A DNA stretch of 63,812 nt, counting the filler, from assembly GCA_964501035.1 (NCBI GenBank). It is 4 parts of 4 records of this genome, joined end to end, with 100 filler letters (N's around TTAATTAATTAA, not from the genome) between each part and the next. Parts side by side here need not be neighbours in the genome. Positions count along the whole stretch, not along the records: positions 35,540 to 52,788 come from CAZCRK010000033.1; 3 more parts are not named here. One strand, given 5' to 3'. Both the position numbers and the translations under genes were made by a program. The notes under the pieces are model-generated. The model ran no database searches. It saw only the letters and a program-made list of their open reading frames with translations, and was not told the DNA's origin. Within the stretch, counting starts at the first letter, position 1, and each line of letters starts with the position of its first letter. Shown piece by piece: positions 42,801 to 51,113 of this stretch.

Positions 42801-45800
42801 CTGGAATGGAATTGATAATATTTTAGTCATTGTTAATGATGGTCGTTCACTATCTGATTCAATTATATTTGAGCTCACTGTGGATGCTTTAAATGACCCA
42901 ATTTCAATCTTGGACGTTTCATTTGAAAATAATCTAACAAGTATTCCAGAAGATACTAGTTTTGTGAGTTTTAATATTTTGTTAGAAGATGTAGATTCGA
43001 ACCCTCAATTGAATCAACAAAGCGAGGATCCTCTTGATAATTTTAATTTGACATGGAATATAGATGACACAGATGTTACGTATGTAAGCATATTGGACTC
43101 ATTGGTAAATAATGAAAATGGAAATCTCACTCAGTATTATATGCTTGACTCATTATTACAAAACTGGAATGGGCATGATACATTAAACATACTTGTTCAA
43201 GATGGTACATATTCAGACTCAATTCAATTTCCAATTCATGTTACAGGCGTTAATGATGCTCCAGAAATTGATACCATTTACTTTGAAAATGATATTTCAT
43301 TTATATATGAAGATACATCAGATGTTGGTTTTGTAATTGACATATATGACGTTGACTCTGACATTTCACTAAATTTTGATGGTGATAATCCTTTAGATAA
43401 TATGGACAGTTTTGTTTGGAGCATTAACGAGAGTGAATATATCCATTTATCGGAAGTGGGAATCATCAACGGTGAAAATTCATTGCTAAATATGAATTTT
43501 GAAATTGATTCTTTGCTTAGTGATTGGAATGGATATGATACGATTCAATTTGCACTTGAAGATGGTATTTTTTCTGATACTATCGATTTTCCAATATTTG
43601 TAGAACAAGTAAATGATTATCTAATTTTGGATTCTGTATATTTTGAAGGTCATATTTCATGGATTCCAGAAGATACGTCTAATGTATTATTTCATGTAGA
43701 GTACAGGGATGTTGATATGAATAGTTTACTGAACTATGCACCTGATTCTAACGCAGAAACTGTAGTATGGGGTATTTCAAATACTGAACAAATTCAAACA
43801 GACGCATTAGAAAGCATATCAATTTCTAATGATATTGCACTTAAAAACTATTCAATTACTACCCTTCTTGCAAACTGGAATGGGCATGATACATTAAACA
43901 TACTTGTTCAAGATGGTACATATTCAGACTCAATTCAATTTCCAATTCATGTTACAGGCGTTAATGATGCTCCAGAAATTGATACCATTTACTTTGAAAA
44001 TGATATTTCATTTATATATGAAGATACATCAGATGTTGGTTTTGTAATTGACATATATGACGTTGACTCTGACATTTCACTAAATTTTGATGGTGATAAT
44101 CCTTTAGATAATATGGACAGTTTTGTTTGGAGCATTAACGAGAGTGAATATATCCATTTATCGGAAGTGGGAATCATCAACGGTGAAAATTCATTGCTAA
44201 ATATGAATTTTGAAATTGATTCTTTGCTTAGTGATTGGAATGGATATGATACGATTCAATTTGCACTTGAAGATGGTATTTTTTCTGATACTATCGATTT
44301 TCCAATATTTGTAGAACAAGTAAATGATTATCTAATTTTGGATTCTGTATATTTTGAAGGTCATATTTCATGGATTCCAGAAGATACGTCTAATGTATTA
44401 TTTCATGTAGAGTACAGGGATGTTGATATGAATAGTTTACTGAACTATGCACCTGATTCTAACGCAGAAACTGTAGTATGGGGTATTTCAAATACTGAAC
44501 AAATTCAAACAGACGCATTAGAAAGCATATCAATTTCTAATGATATTGCACTTAAAAACTATTCAATTACTACCCTTCTTGAAAACTGGAATGGGCATGA
44601 TGAATTAAACATACTTGTTCAAGATGGCACATATTCAGACTCAATTCAATTTTCAATTCATATCAAACAAAGAAATGATAGTCTAATTCAATCATTTGAG
44701 GTAATCCCAGATTTTATTAGTTACAATCCTGATCCAACGACTTTCTATTCTGACACCTTAGAAAATACAAAGCTATTTTATCGCTACCCAAAAGATATTG
44801 ATAATAATTCAATTCTAGAATCACTACCCCTTCAGTTTAAATGGTCGCGTGATGAATTGTTGGATATAGATACTGATACATTTTTAAATAATGATACATT
44901 ATTATCCTTGTATTATAGGTTGGAACTTTCAAGTGATGACACTAATTTCATTGTTGTGAAAGATAGTATAGAAGATAAAAAATTCAGCGGAAAGGATTCA
45001 GTAACCGTAAATATTGATTTGTTACATGAATTTTTAGGTTATAAGGATGATTATTATATTCCAGACAATTCAAATGGGAGCGTGTATTTAGATACATTAG
45101 GTACTACTGAATATTCTTGGCGAGTTACAGCAATGAATTATTGGAGAGATGATTTAGAAAATGATCCTGAATATATATCTGTTTCTGACACATTAAATTT
45201 CTACATAGATTTAAAAGAACCCATTATTGATTACGCAATATTGCAAAATGAAGTATATTCAGAATATTATGATGTGTATATGCTAACAACTGAAGAAGTG
45301 ATTGCTGACTCAACAGATTTAATCATTGTAGATGAAAATGATGGTGTAAACAATCAAGAATTCAATTTAAACGCACCTCTTGAAACCAATATATATAGTA
45401 TTACCACTTCATTCCCAAGCGCAGGATTGTTTACTTATAATTTTGATGGGTGGGATCATGCGCGGAATAATTTCAATTCTACTCAAAAATTTGGTTTTCA
45501 ATATATTGCACCCAGTGAATTATCCCGATATTCTTCACCATCAGGTTTTGCAATTATAGAACTCATTTCACATGCAAACGAGAACCAACCCATTTTGATA
45601 TATGAATCTGAAATTGATTTATCCCTATCTCGTTCAAACTCTACTCAAGTGAGTCCAACGGTTTCAATTTTATACAAAAATACAGAATCAATGAGTGATG
45701 CCAAGGTTGAATTTGATTTAACTGTATTTTTAAATGAAGATATACCATATTGGCAATACCAAATCATGCAATTCATTGACGGTGAGTGGAGCGATATTGA

Positions 45801-46167
45801 ATCACAATATTCAGGCAATATATTGTCTGCAAATATTGATTCTTTTGGTGATTTTTCAGTGTGGGTAAATACTGATTTGCTCGAACCGTTACCCGAAGAA
45901 TTTTCAATTTTTCCATCATATCCAAATCCATTTAACCCAAGTTTAACTATTCCATATTCTTTACCTCATGATGGGAATGTAGAAATTATGGCTTACAATA
46001 TTTTGGGACAACATGTAGCGTCTATTTTGGATGGATTTCAAACTGCAGGGTATAAACAAATAATTTGGAATACAGAAGCCACGCCACATTTGAGTAGTGG
46101 TGTTTATTTTGTACAAATCAAATTTGACAATGTCCATTTAACACAAAAAGTGATGTTCTTAAAATGA
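36895..46167 (+). CDS. Giant acidic surface protein: lamin-tail-like, FN3, PKD-like and many cadherin/tandem-95 repeats, PNPFNP C-terminal sorting tail; spans a 100-N gap
   Basis: ANAGxD...SSDPDGD..YxW PKD repeats; many VNDAP/QNDPP repeats; YPNPFNPS...SSGVYFVQI...QKVMFLK. Confidence 0.85.
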   Translation: MATIYTQLTKKLTNRWVYFLFGVFSSLVFATSPGDIVFTEFFGRSEGELPDYIEVFNTTENDVNLQNWMFRVSHTAQFQIQSSFIISAKSYAFFIGEFGYFSDSEGLIYLPENDPRRDESHDEYLEGFESAEVLENAYWLNFSNLSHASAIIELQDVESQVIDRIEYEGANGEDCTDFCTERGYSTEFKLNPSIENSVELNDDGTNWGISEHQADILFNNSPLVEDGDFGEQEFGSPGYANHTPINLNIFSGTEDGFTIQWENAHTEADVIQFRVYRDGNEIFTQDVSQEMYSDNGLINGVLYEYAVSAQNTEESALSNSIFVSIPTADAGNDIQVNITHDGDPLTVTSDNFSLNGNSSSDLDGDALTYQWKYDENIIGNNSIYSGTLDGAGTHTIVLNVSDMYGSNHSDEVDVIVLEEPNGTPISNAGNDIQASIPHDGDPETVDSEEFILSGENSSDPEDDTLEYEWFFDGESISLNQIYTGTLSGVGDYIFTLVVTDPYGASNSDEVIVTVLEESNTEPIANAGDDLSVQIPHDSDPLTITSENFTLNGELSIDPDGDGLIYEWYYDNELVSNEISLTDSLEGSGDYTFTLIVTDPFGGSNSDDIVITVLDEPNETPQVDAGTLQSVSEGATVQLNGEVLDDDSIDVLIIEWTSDYGGLEYNDNSILNPIFIAPDVLMDDEVLDITCMLTVTDPYGISNSDVVVISVTNINQPPEVTGQVNISIAEDGNREITLDDLTIVDEDSNPEDFVLTLMDGENYSLAEDMVIPASNYFGSLIVPLVVSDGSNSSEIFGLDILVFPVNDAPIIVSVPDTEATEDIEWTHQLVVEDVDDTEFLYELIQGPVDFVVTETGLLSWTPTEGITTSGEVIVLAKDGGENGASPDTLEFEISVVQVNDAPIAQSQVVETPLNTSIDIILFGEDVENDNLTFHIQQLTENGIILGSPPNITYSPDTDFICNDTIKYYIVDDGLTNGQLDPQQSELAEVVIVVGNCNNIQPEIVSTENLNVDEDSSILLELSHITVVDEDNNWPDDFTLVINEGENYSVVENTVYPDENYNGLLLIEIQVDDGQPINSLSESVFLSLTVTPINDAPIIEEIENQEINEDEDFTWVIEAFDIDEDELEYSVETDESSTLNIVENVLTLTPLIDWNGEIQVSITVSDSELTDEALFTLTVNPQNDAPVIEGQVELSILEDNTLSLNLLNLDVNDVDNVFPNEHDLLVLEGDNYSFSDLDITPDLNYFGDLVVNVLVDDNENENNESEIYSLSIDVTAVNDPPILTEIEDQTSFEDIPFEYVLEAQDVDNVNLEFSGGVDGNALFEIDDQLLRITPNQDFTGDILVSITVTDSEFEDSDEFVLTILEGNDPPVLAPIIDANIDEDTXXXXXXXXXXXXXXXXXXXXXXXXXXXXXXXXXXMASESFTLTVLAQNDPPVLAPIIDANIDEDTFYEVELSATDPDSEDLIFSAGIDGNANAYVEGTLLSVYPDENFHGDIIVSVVVSDGFLEDSQEFTLIVNSINDPPVLESTSNQTIDEDHTYSQLIIVEDPDTENLNISGGVDGNSTFSISENILLITPDENWYGDILVNLSVSDGEFIDQDDFVITVIPVNDAPIIDIIEDQSIFEDSTFEYELSVNDVDGDEIVFTAFVDGNATPIVNGDSLFVYPDENYFGDILVTIYADDEQERDMASESFTLTVLAQNDPPVLDTIENQSIDEDTVLNQVFSAFDEEDDPLEFSVNILDGNAIAEVEENMAIFTPSLDWNGLVEIEVIVNDGLSSDTTYFTLTVIPVNDYPIFTLSEYDITVNEDDSELVNNVTIVDYIPSDEINQEVHYSLTPDESDLLDIEFNQATGECNISLIPNANGAEMFTITADDGQDENNMYSQEFMLTIYSVNDAPELISFELANGLTSVQEDSLSVELEVSYFDIDSDPILNELPFDLNELNWSYFSDHETALTLNSGGIFTIDSLKSNWNGIDNILVIVNDGRSLSDSIIFELTVDALNDPISILDVSFENNLTSIPEDTSFVSFNILLEDVDSNPQLNQQSEDPLDNFNLTWNIDDTDVTYVSILDSLVNNENGNLTQYYMLDSLLQNWNGHDTLNILVQDGTYSDSIQFPIHVTGVNDAPEIDTIYFENDISFIYEDTSDVGFVIDIYDVDSDISLNFDGDNPLDNMDSFVWSINESEYIHLSEVGIINGENSLLNMNFEIDSLLSDWNGYDTIQFALEDGIFSDTIDFPIFVEQVNDYLILDSVYFEGHISWIPEDTSNVLFHVEYRDVDMNSLLNYAPDSNAETVVWGISNTEQIQTDALESISISNDIALKNYSITTLLANWNGHDTLNILVQDGTYSDSIQFPIHVTGVNDAPEIDTIYFENDISFIYEDTSDVGFVIDIYDVDSDISLNFDGDNPLDNMDSFVWSINESEYIHLSEVGIINGENSLLNMNFEIDSLLSDWNGYDTIQFALEDGIFSDTIDFPIFVEQVNDYLILDSVYFEGHISWIPEDTSNVLFHVEYRDVDMNSLLNYAPDSNAETVVWGISNTEQIQTDALESISISNDIALKNYSITTLLENWNGHDELNILVQDGTYSDSIQFSIHIKQRNDSLIQSFEVIPDFISYNPDPTTFYSDTLENTKLFYRYPKDIDNNSILESLPLQFKWSRDELLDIDTDTFLNNDTLLSLYYRLELSSDDTNFIVVKDSIEDKKFSGKDSVTVNIDLLHEFLGYKDDYYIPDNSNGSVYLDTLGTTEYSWRVTAMNYWRDDLENDPEYISVSDTLNFYIDLKEPIIDYAILQNEVYSEYYDVYMLTTEEVIADSTDLIIVDENDGVNNQEFNLNAPLETNIYSITTSFPSAGLFTYNFDGWDHARNNFNSTQKFGFQYIAPSELSRYSSPSGFAIIELISHANENQPILIYESEIDLSLSRSNSTQVSPTVSILYKNTESMSDAKVEFDLTVFLNEDIPYWQYQIMQFIDGEWSDIESQYSGNILSANIDSFGDFSVWVNTDLLEPLPEEFSIFPSYPNPFNPSLTIPYSLPHDGNVEIMAYNILGQHVASILDGFQTAGYKQIIWNTEATPHLSSGVYFVQIKFDNVHLTQKVMFLK
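41041..41140. other. Scaffold gap in a collapsed intragenic repeat
   Basis: 100 N; left flank recurs at ~41181-41234 and right flank recurs at ~41948-42000. Confidence 0.85.
43161..44660 (+). repeat. 711-bp (237-aa) near-identical tandem duplication, about 2.1 copies
   Basis: AAACTGGAATGGGCATGAT at 43161, 43872 and 44583; identical antisense ORFs at 43278 and 43989 are 711 bp apart. Confidence 0.93.
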
Positions 46168-46886
46168 GAATTCTGTTTCCCATATTAATACTGTTTTACT
46201 TTGGGTGTAGTAACCCCTTTACCGAATTAGAAGAACATTCAGGAATGTTTGAATATAAGTATTATATTCAACAAGGGTGGACTAAATTTGTCGAAAATGA
46301 ATTTGAAGATGCCATGGAATTATTTTCAATGTCATTAAACACAGATACAAACCAATATCTAAATTCTGCATATGTAGGACTTGCATGGTCATCTCTATAT
46401 CAAGCAAATTCATTACTTTCTTCAGACTCTGAGTTAATGAATACATTTCGAGAAGATTCAGAAACATATTTTGATAAATCTGCTATTGATACTTCAGAAG
46501 CATTAGCAGAATATGGTGAAAATTCATTCCAATTCGATAAAGATTTGATTGTAGGTCGATCCTATTATTATTCATTAATGTCATTTATCACAGATGAGAG
46601 TGAATATTTAGACTCAATTATTTTGAAAACGGATAGTATTATTGAGTTAGATCCTGATTATGCGTTCATAAATGGAGATAAACTTTCAGATACCCTTTAT
46701 TCGCAAATAAACATAGATTCATATCTAACCATTGATGATATTTACATCCTTCGAGCCCAAACATTTATTAAACAAGGTGATTTTGAATCCGCTAATTCAG
46801 CGTTAAAAGAATTACTCATCCCCGGTTGCACAGACTTAAATGATGACGACCATCAAGAAATCATAAATTGTATCGCTTCATTTTAG
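46164..46886 (+). CDS. Putative lipoprotein with helical (TPR-like) body
   Basis: Lipobox-like YFGC; overlaps the giant-gene stop (ATGA). Confidence 0.6.
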   Translation: MRILFPILILFYFGCSNPFTELEEHSGMFEYKYYIQQGWTKFVENEFEDAMELFSMSLNTDTNQYLNSAYVGLAWSSLYQANSLLSSDSELMNTFREDSETYFDKSAIDTSEALAEYGENSFQFDKDLIVGRSYYYSLMSFITDESEYLDSIILKTDSIIELDPDYAFINGDKLSDTLYSQINIDSYLTIDDIYILRAQTFIKQGDFESANSALKELLIPGCTDLNDDDHQEIINCIASF

Positions 46887-46987
46887 TTTAATTCCATATA
46901 CAAATTGTTACAGAATTTTACATTCAAACAGTTATGGATTAGATGTATAATTATACTGGTAATACCAAACGAATTAAGGATTTTATT

Positions 46988-48559
46988 ATGAGATTTATAC
47001 TTTTTTTATTGATTTTCTCGCTTCCACTTCTTGCGGAAACAGATTTGCAAAAGGAACTTCCAATTGGACTTACTGAAGATGAATTGCAAAATTTACACAT
47101 TATCAATGAAATGGGTCGAGAAACTGATCCCCCTCAATATCCCGTTCGAAATATTGCAGAATTTGAACCCATGCAAGGTGTGTTGATTCGATATCCATTT
47201 GGTATCTCAACATCATTTATTAGAGAAATGGCTGAAGATGTAATCATTTATTGTTTAGTTTCATCTTCTCAACAAAATAGCGCATATAACTCAATGTCGA
47301 ATGCTGGGGTTGATATGAGCCAAGTTGAGTTTATTGTTGGTTCTACTGATAGTTATTGGACGCGTGATTATGGCCCATGGTGGGTAGTGGATGGCAATAA
47401 TGATGTATCCGTCGTTGATCATACATATAATAGACCTCGACCAAACGACAACCAAGCACCACAAAAGATGTCAGATTATTTATCAACACCCTATTTTGCA
47501 AGTGATATCATAACTGCAGGGGGTAATTACATGACTGATGGGTATACCATTGGTGCATCGAGTAATCTCATATATGAAGAAAATCCAGATTTAACAGATT
47601 CTCAAGTGAATCAAATTATGCTAGATTATTATGGAATTTCCAATTATATGGGCATAGATGACCCCAATAATACATACATTGACCATATTGATTGCTGGGG
47701 TAAGTTTTTGTCACCTAGTAAAGTATTAATTCGTTCTGTGCAAAATTCACATGCACAATATGATGAAATAGAAGAAGTGGCTGAGTTGTTTGCAAACAGT
47801 TTGAATACATTTGGTGAACCATGGGAAGTATTTCGTGTTTATACTCCACAAAACCAACCCTATTCCAATTCATTAATTTTAAACAAGAAGGTATTTGTGC
47901 CTATTATGAACAGTTCATACGATGACGATGCACTCGCATCTTATGAAGAAGCAATGCCAGGTTATGAAATCATTGGTGTTACGGGTTCATGGCAATCCAC
48001 AGATGCTTTGCATTGTAGAACAAAGGGCATTCCCGATTTAGAAATGCTTCAAATCTTTCATAATCCAATAAATGATCAAGACAATCCACAAGAAAATTTT
48101 GAAGTACAAGCAATTATTAATGATTTATCTCAAGCCGGACTTATATTCGATGAATTGAAAGTATTTTGGAAGAATCAAACAATGGACGATTATGAATCAA
48201 TTAATTTAGATTATTGTGTCGATGATATTCCTAATTGTTATGTTGCACTTCTTCCAAATCAAACTGAAGATGGAAATGTACAATACTTTATCCAAGCTAT
48301 TGATTTAACAGGCCGAGTTGAGAACCTTCCCATGGCAGGTTATTTTGACTTTGATGTAGTTGGAGGACTTCCCACTCAACAGGGTGATGTTAATCAAGAT
48401 TCTGCATTAAATGTATTAGATATTGTACAAATTGTGAACAATATTTTAGGTACCAATGAATTTTCAGAATATCAAATGCAGTTGGCGGATATGAATTCAG
48501 ATAATATTGTTAATATTCTTGACGTCATTTTACTTGTAAATATTATCATAGGAGATTAG
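46988..48559 (+). CDS. Secreted peptidylarginine/agmatine deiminase-family enzyme with C-terminal dockerin-like domain
   Basis: AAGGA RBS and signal peptide at 46988; AEFEP, WTRDYGP, GGN, HID, YSNS, LHC; GDVNQDSALNVLDIV...ADMNSDNIVNILDVI. Confidence 0.88.
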   Translation: MRFILFLLIFSLPLLAETDLQKELPIGLTEDELQNLHIINEMGRETDPPQYPVRNIAEFEPMQGVLIRYPFGISTSFIREMAEDVIIYCLVSSSQQNSAYNSMSNAGVDMSQVEFIVGSTDSYWTRDYGPWWVVDGNNDVSVVDHTYNRPRPNDNQAPQKMSDYLSTPYFASDIITAGGNYMTDGYTIGASSNLIYEENPDLTDSQVNQIMLDYYGISNYMGIDDPNNTYIDHIDCWGKFLSPSKVLIRSVQNSHAQYDEIEEVAELFANSLNTFGEPWEVFRVYTPQNQPYSNSLILNKKVFVPIMNSSYDDDALASYEEAMPGYEIIGVTGSWQSTDALHCRTKGIPDLEMLQIFHNPINDQDNPQENFEVQAIINDLSQAGLIFDELKVFWKNQTMDDYESINLDYCVDDIPNCYVALLPNQTEDGNVQYFIQAIDLTGRVENLPMAGYFDFDVVGGLPTQQGDVNQDSALNVLDIVQIVNNILGTNEFSEYQMQLADMNSDNIVNILDVILLVNIIIGD

Positions 48560-48560
48560 T

Positions 48561-50774
48561 ATGCTGAAATCTATAATTATCTTGATGTTAACACAAATAC
48601 TTTTTTCTGCTGAAGTGTTCAAGCAGATTCGCATTGAACCCATTGATGAAACCACCATTTCTACACTTCAATCTATAGGGATTGACTTAGACCATGTCTA
48701 TCAGAAAAAGGGTGTATTTATTGAATTTGCGGTATCAGAATCTGATATCACTCGTATCGAAGATAGAAATATTTCCTTTGAGGTAGTTCACGAGGATTTA
48801 CAGTCATTTTATGAGCATCGTTTAACTACGGATTATACTCGAGATTTTGGAACTGGTTCAATGGGTGGCTATTATACATTTGAGGAAATTGTTGACCATC
48901 TAAACGAACTGCATAACGATTATCCTAACTTAGTCAGTGAAATCCAATCGATAGGACAAACACTTGAAGGTCGAGAAATATGGTCTGTTAAACTTAGTGA
49001 TAACCCCAACGTAGATGAAGATGAACCCGAAATGCTGTATATTGGATTACATCATGCACGTGAGCCAATGAGTTATATGAATTTGTTTTATTATATGTAT
49101 TGGTTAACTGAAAACTATGGAACAGATCCCGAAGCAACTGCACTTCTTGAAAATAGAGAACTCTGGTTTATTCCAGCTATGAATCCAGACGGATTGGTGT
49201 ATAATCAACAAATTGCACCAAACGGTGGGGGTATGCAACGCAAAAACCATCGTGAAACCTGTTCGCAAGACTGGGATGGTATTGATCTAAACCGGAATTA
49301 CAGTTTTATGTGGGCATACGATGATGATGGTTCAAGTCCATACGGATGTGACCAAACCTATCGTGGAACCGAACCCTTTTCAGAACCCGAAACAGAAGCA
49401 GTCAAAAATTTTATTGAATCGCATGATTTCCCAATTATTTTATCCTATCATAGTTATGGAAATTTACTCATTCACCCATTTGGATACATACCTGGACTTT
49501 TACCTCCAGAACCCGATTTAACAATTTTCAGAGAGTATGGAAATGAAATGGTCAAATATAACCATTATTCAATGGGAACGGGTATTGAAACTGTGGGCTA
49601 TACTGTGAATGGAGAGGCAACTGACTATTATTATGGTGAATATGGAATTTATGCCTACACACCTGAAGTAGGTGCATATTATGATGGTTTTTGGCCATCA
49701 TCTGATCGGATACTTCCATTAGCAGAGGAAAATTTACACCCAAATCAATTTTCAGCATGGATGGTTGGTGCAGGTTATACTGCATCCCTTGAATATGATA
49801 ATGAATATTTTGAATTTGGTCAAACTTATTCGATTGATGTAAACATTTTTAATCAGGGGTTGGGTGAATCCAATGGAGATATTGATGTGAATATTTCTTC
49901 ACCATTACTTGATGAAGATTTGACATTTAACTTAAATCCCTTAAATGGTCGCCAATCGGCAGCAATTCCTATCGAGTTCAGCATATCAAATACATATCAA
50001 AATGGGGATATTGTGGATATTACTGTTTCGATGTCGGATAATACCAATTACACTTTTGAAAATGTCATATCCATCACCATTGGCGAGCCAGTGTTACTGT
50101 TTTCTGATGGTGCAGAATTTGGATTAGTAAATTGGGAGACCAATGCATGGGGAACAACATCCGATGCGTATAATGGAAATTCCGCATTTACGGATAGTCC
50201 ATTTGGAATATATGGTGCAAATGCAGTTAGTTATTTGCAATTAGCTGAACCCTTAAACTTATCAGATGTATCTACAGGATATATTTCTTATGCTGCAAAA
50301 TGGCAAATTGAAACCAGTTGGGATTGGGCACAAGTTGAAGTCTCCACGGATAATAATAATTGGATTCCCTTACAAGGTGAACTCATGAATGGGGGAACTG
50401 GTCAAGGAGTACAATTTACCGACGAGTATGGTTATGATGGAATTTCTGATTGGGTGACTGACCAGGTTTCCATTGCATCACTTGCAGGTGAGGAAACGGT
50501 ATGGTTTCGGTTTAGTTTGAGTTCCGATGGTGGAGTAGAACGTGATGGAATATACATTGACAATATCGGAGTATATGCCTATCAACAAACGGCACAAATT
50601 GGAGATATCAATACCGATGGAAATATAGATGTTTTGGATGTGGTACAAATGGTTCAAATTATTATAGGTGCAGCAAATCCAACTCCAGAGCAATTCAGCC
50701 TAGCAGATTTAAATACAGATAATACAATCAATGTACAAGATATTGTTCTTTTAGTGAATCTGATTATTGGATAA
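48561..50774 (+). CDS. Secreted M14 carboxypeptidase (carboxypeptidase T-like) with beta-sandwich domains and C-terminal dockerin-like domain
   Basis: HHAREP, RKN, DLNRNY, SYHSY, TPEVG; GDINTDGNIDVLDVV...ADLNTDNTINVQDIV. Confidence 0.9.
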   Translation: MLKSIIILMLTQILFSAEVFKQIRIEPIDETTISTLQSIGIDLDHVYQKKGVFIEFAVSESDITRIEDRNISFEVVHEDLQSFYEHRLTTDYTRDFGTGSMGGYYTFEEIVDHLNELHNDYPNLVSEIQSIGQTLEGREIWSVKLSDNPNVDEDEPEMLYIGLHHAREPMSYMNLFYYMYWLTENYGTDPEATALLENRELWFIPAMNPDGLVYNQQIAPNGGGMQRKNHRETCSQDWDGIDLNRNYSFMWAYDDDGSSPYGCDQTYRGTEPFSEPETEAVKNFIESHDFPIILSYHSYGNLLIHPFGYIPGLLPPEPDLTIFREYGNEMVKYNHYSMGTGIETVGYTVNGEATDYYYGEYGIYAYTPEVGAYYDGFWPSSDRILPLAEENLHPNQFSAWMVGAGYTASLEYDNEYFEFGQTYSIDVNIFNQGLGESNGDIDVNISSPLLDEDLTFNLNPLNGRQSAAIPIEFSISNTYQNGDIVDITVSMSDNTNYTFENVISITIGEPVLLFSDGAEFGLVNWETNAWGTTSDAYNGNSAFTDSPFGIYGANAVSYLQLAEPLNLSDVSTGYISYAAKWQIETSWDWAQVEVSTDNNNWIPLQGELMNGGTGQGVQFTDEYGYDGISDWVTDQVSIASLAGEETVWFRFSLSSDGGVERDGIYIDNIGVYAYQQTAQIGDINTDGNIDVLDVVQMVQIIIGAANPTPEQFSLADLNTDNTINVQDIVLLVNLIIG

Positions 50775-50782
50775 ACCATTGG

Positions 50783-51045
50783 AAGTTTGAAGGGAGAAGT
50801 TTGAAGTGTGAAAAAAACTTCAATATCCAAATCCAANNNNNNNNNNNNNNNNNNNNNNNNNNNNNNNNNNNNNNNNNNNNNNNNNNNNNNNNNNNNNNNN
50901 NNNNNNNNNNNNNNNNNNNNNNNNNNNNNNNNNNNNAGAAGTGTGAAGTTTGAAATGAGAAACAACTCCACTTTTAACTTTTCACTTTATCAACTTTCAA
51001 CTTTTTAGACTTTCAACTCCTTTTCACCCTTCACCCTTCAAACTT
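50783..51045. repeat. Intergenic heptamer-based element with 17-bp terminal inverted repeats; contains a 100-N gap
   Basis: AAGTTTGAAGGGAGAAG (50783-50799) versus CTTCACCCTTCAAACTT (51029-51045), 16/17 complementary. Confidence 0.7.
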
Positions 51046-51113
51046 ATTATGTTAGTTGTTGCATAATGAATGGATAGTATGTAAAATATGCTATTCAATT
51101 TTTAAGGAATAGT

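Noticed and set aside
43161..44660. Duplicated segment as a DGR template/variable repeat pair
   Set aside because: Copies are in-frame, tandem and lack adenine-specific mismatches; no reverse transcriptase in the window
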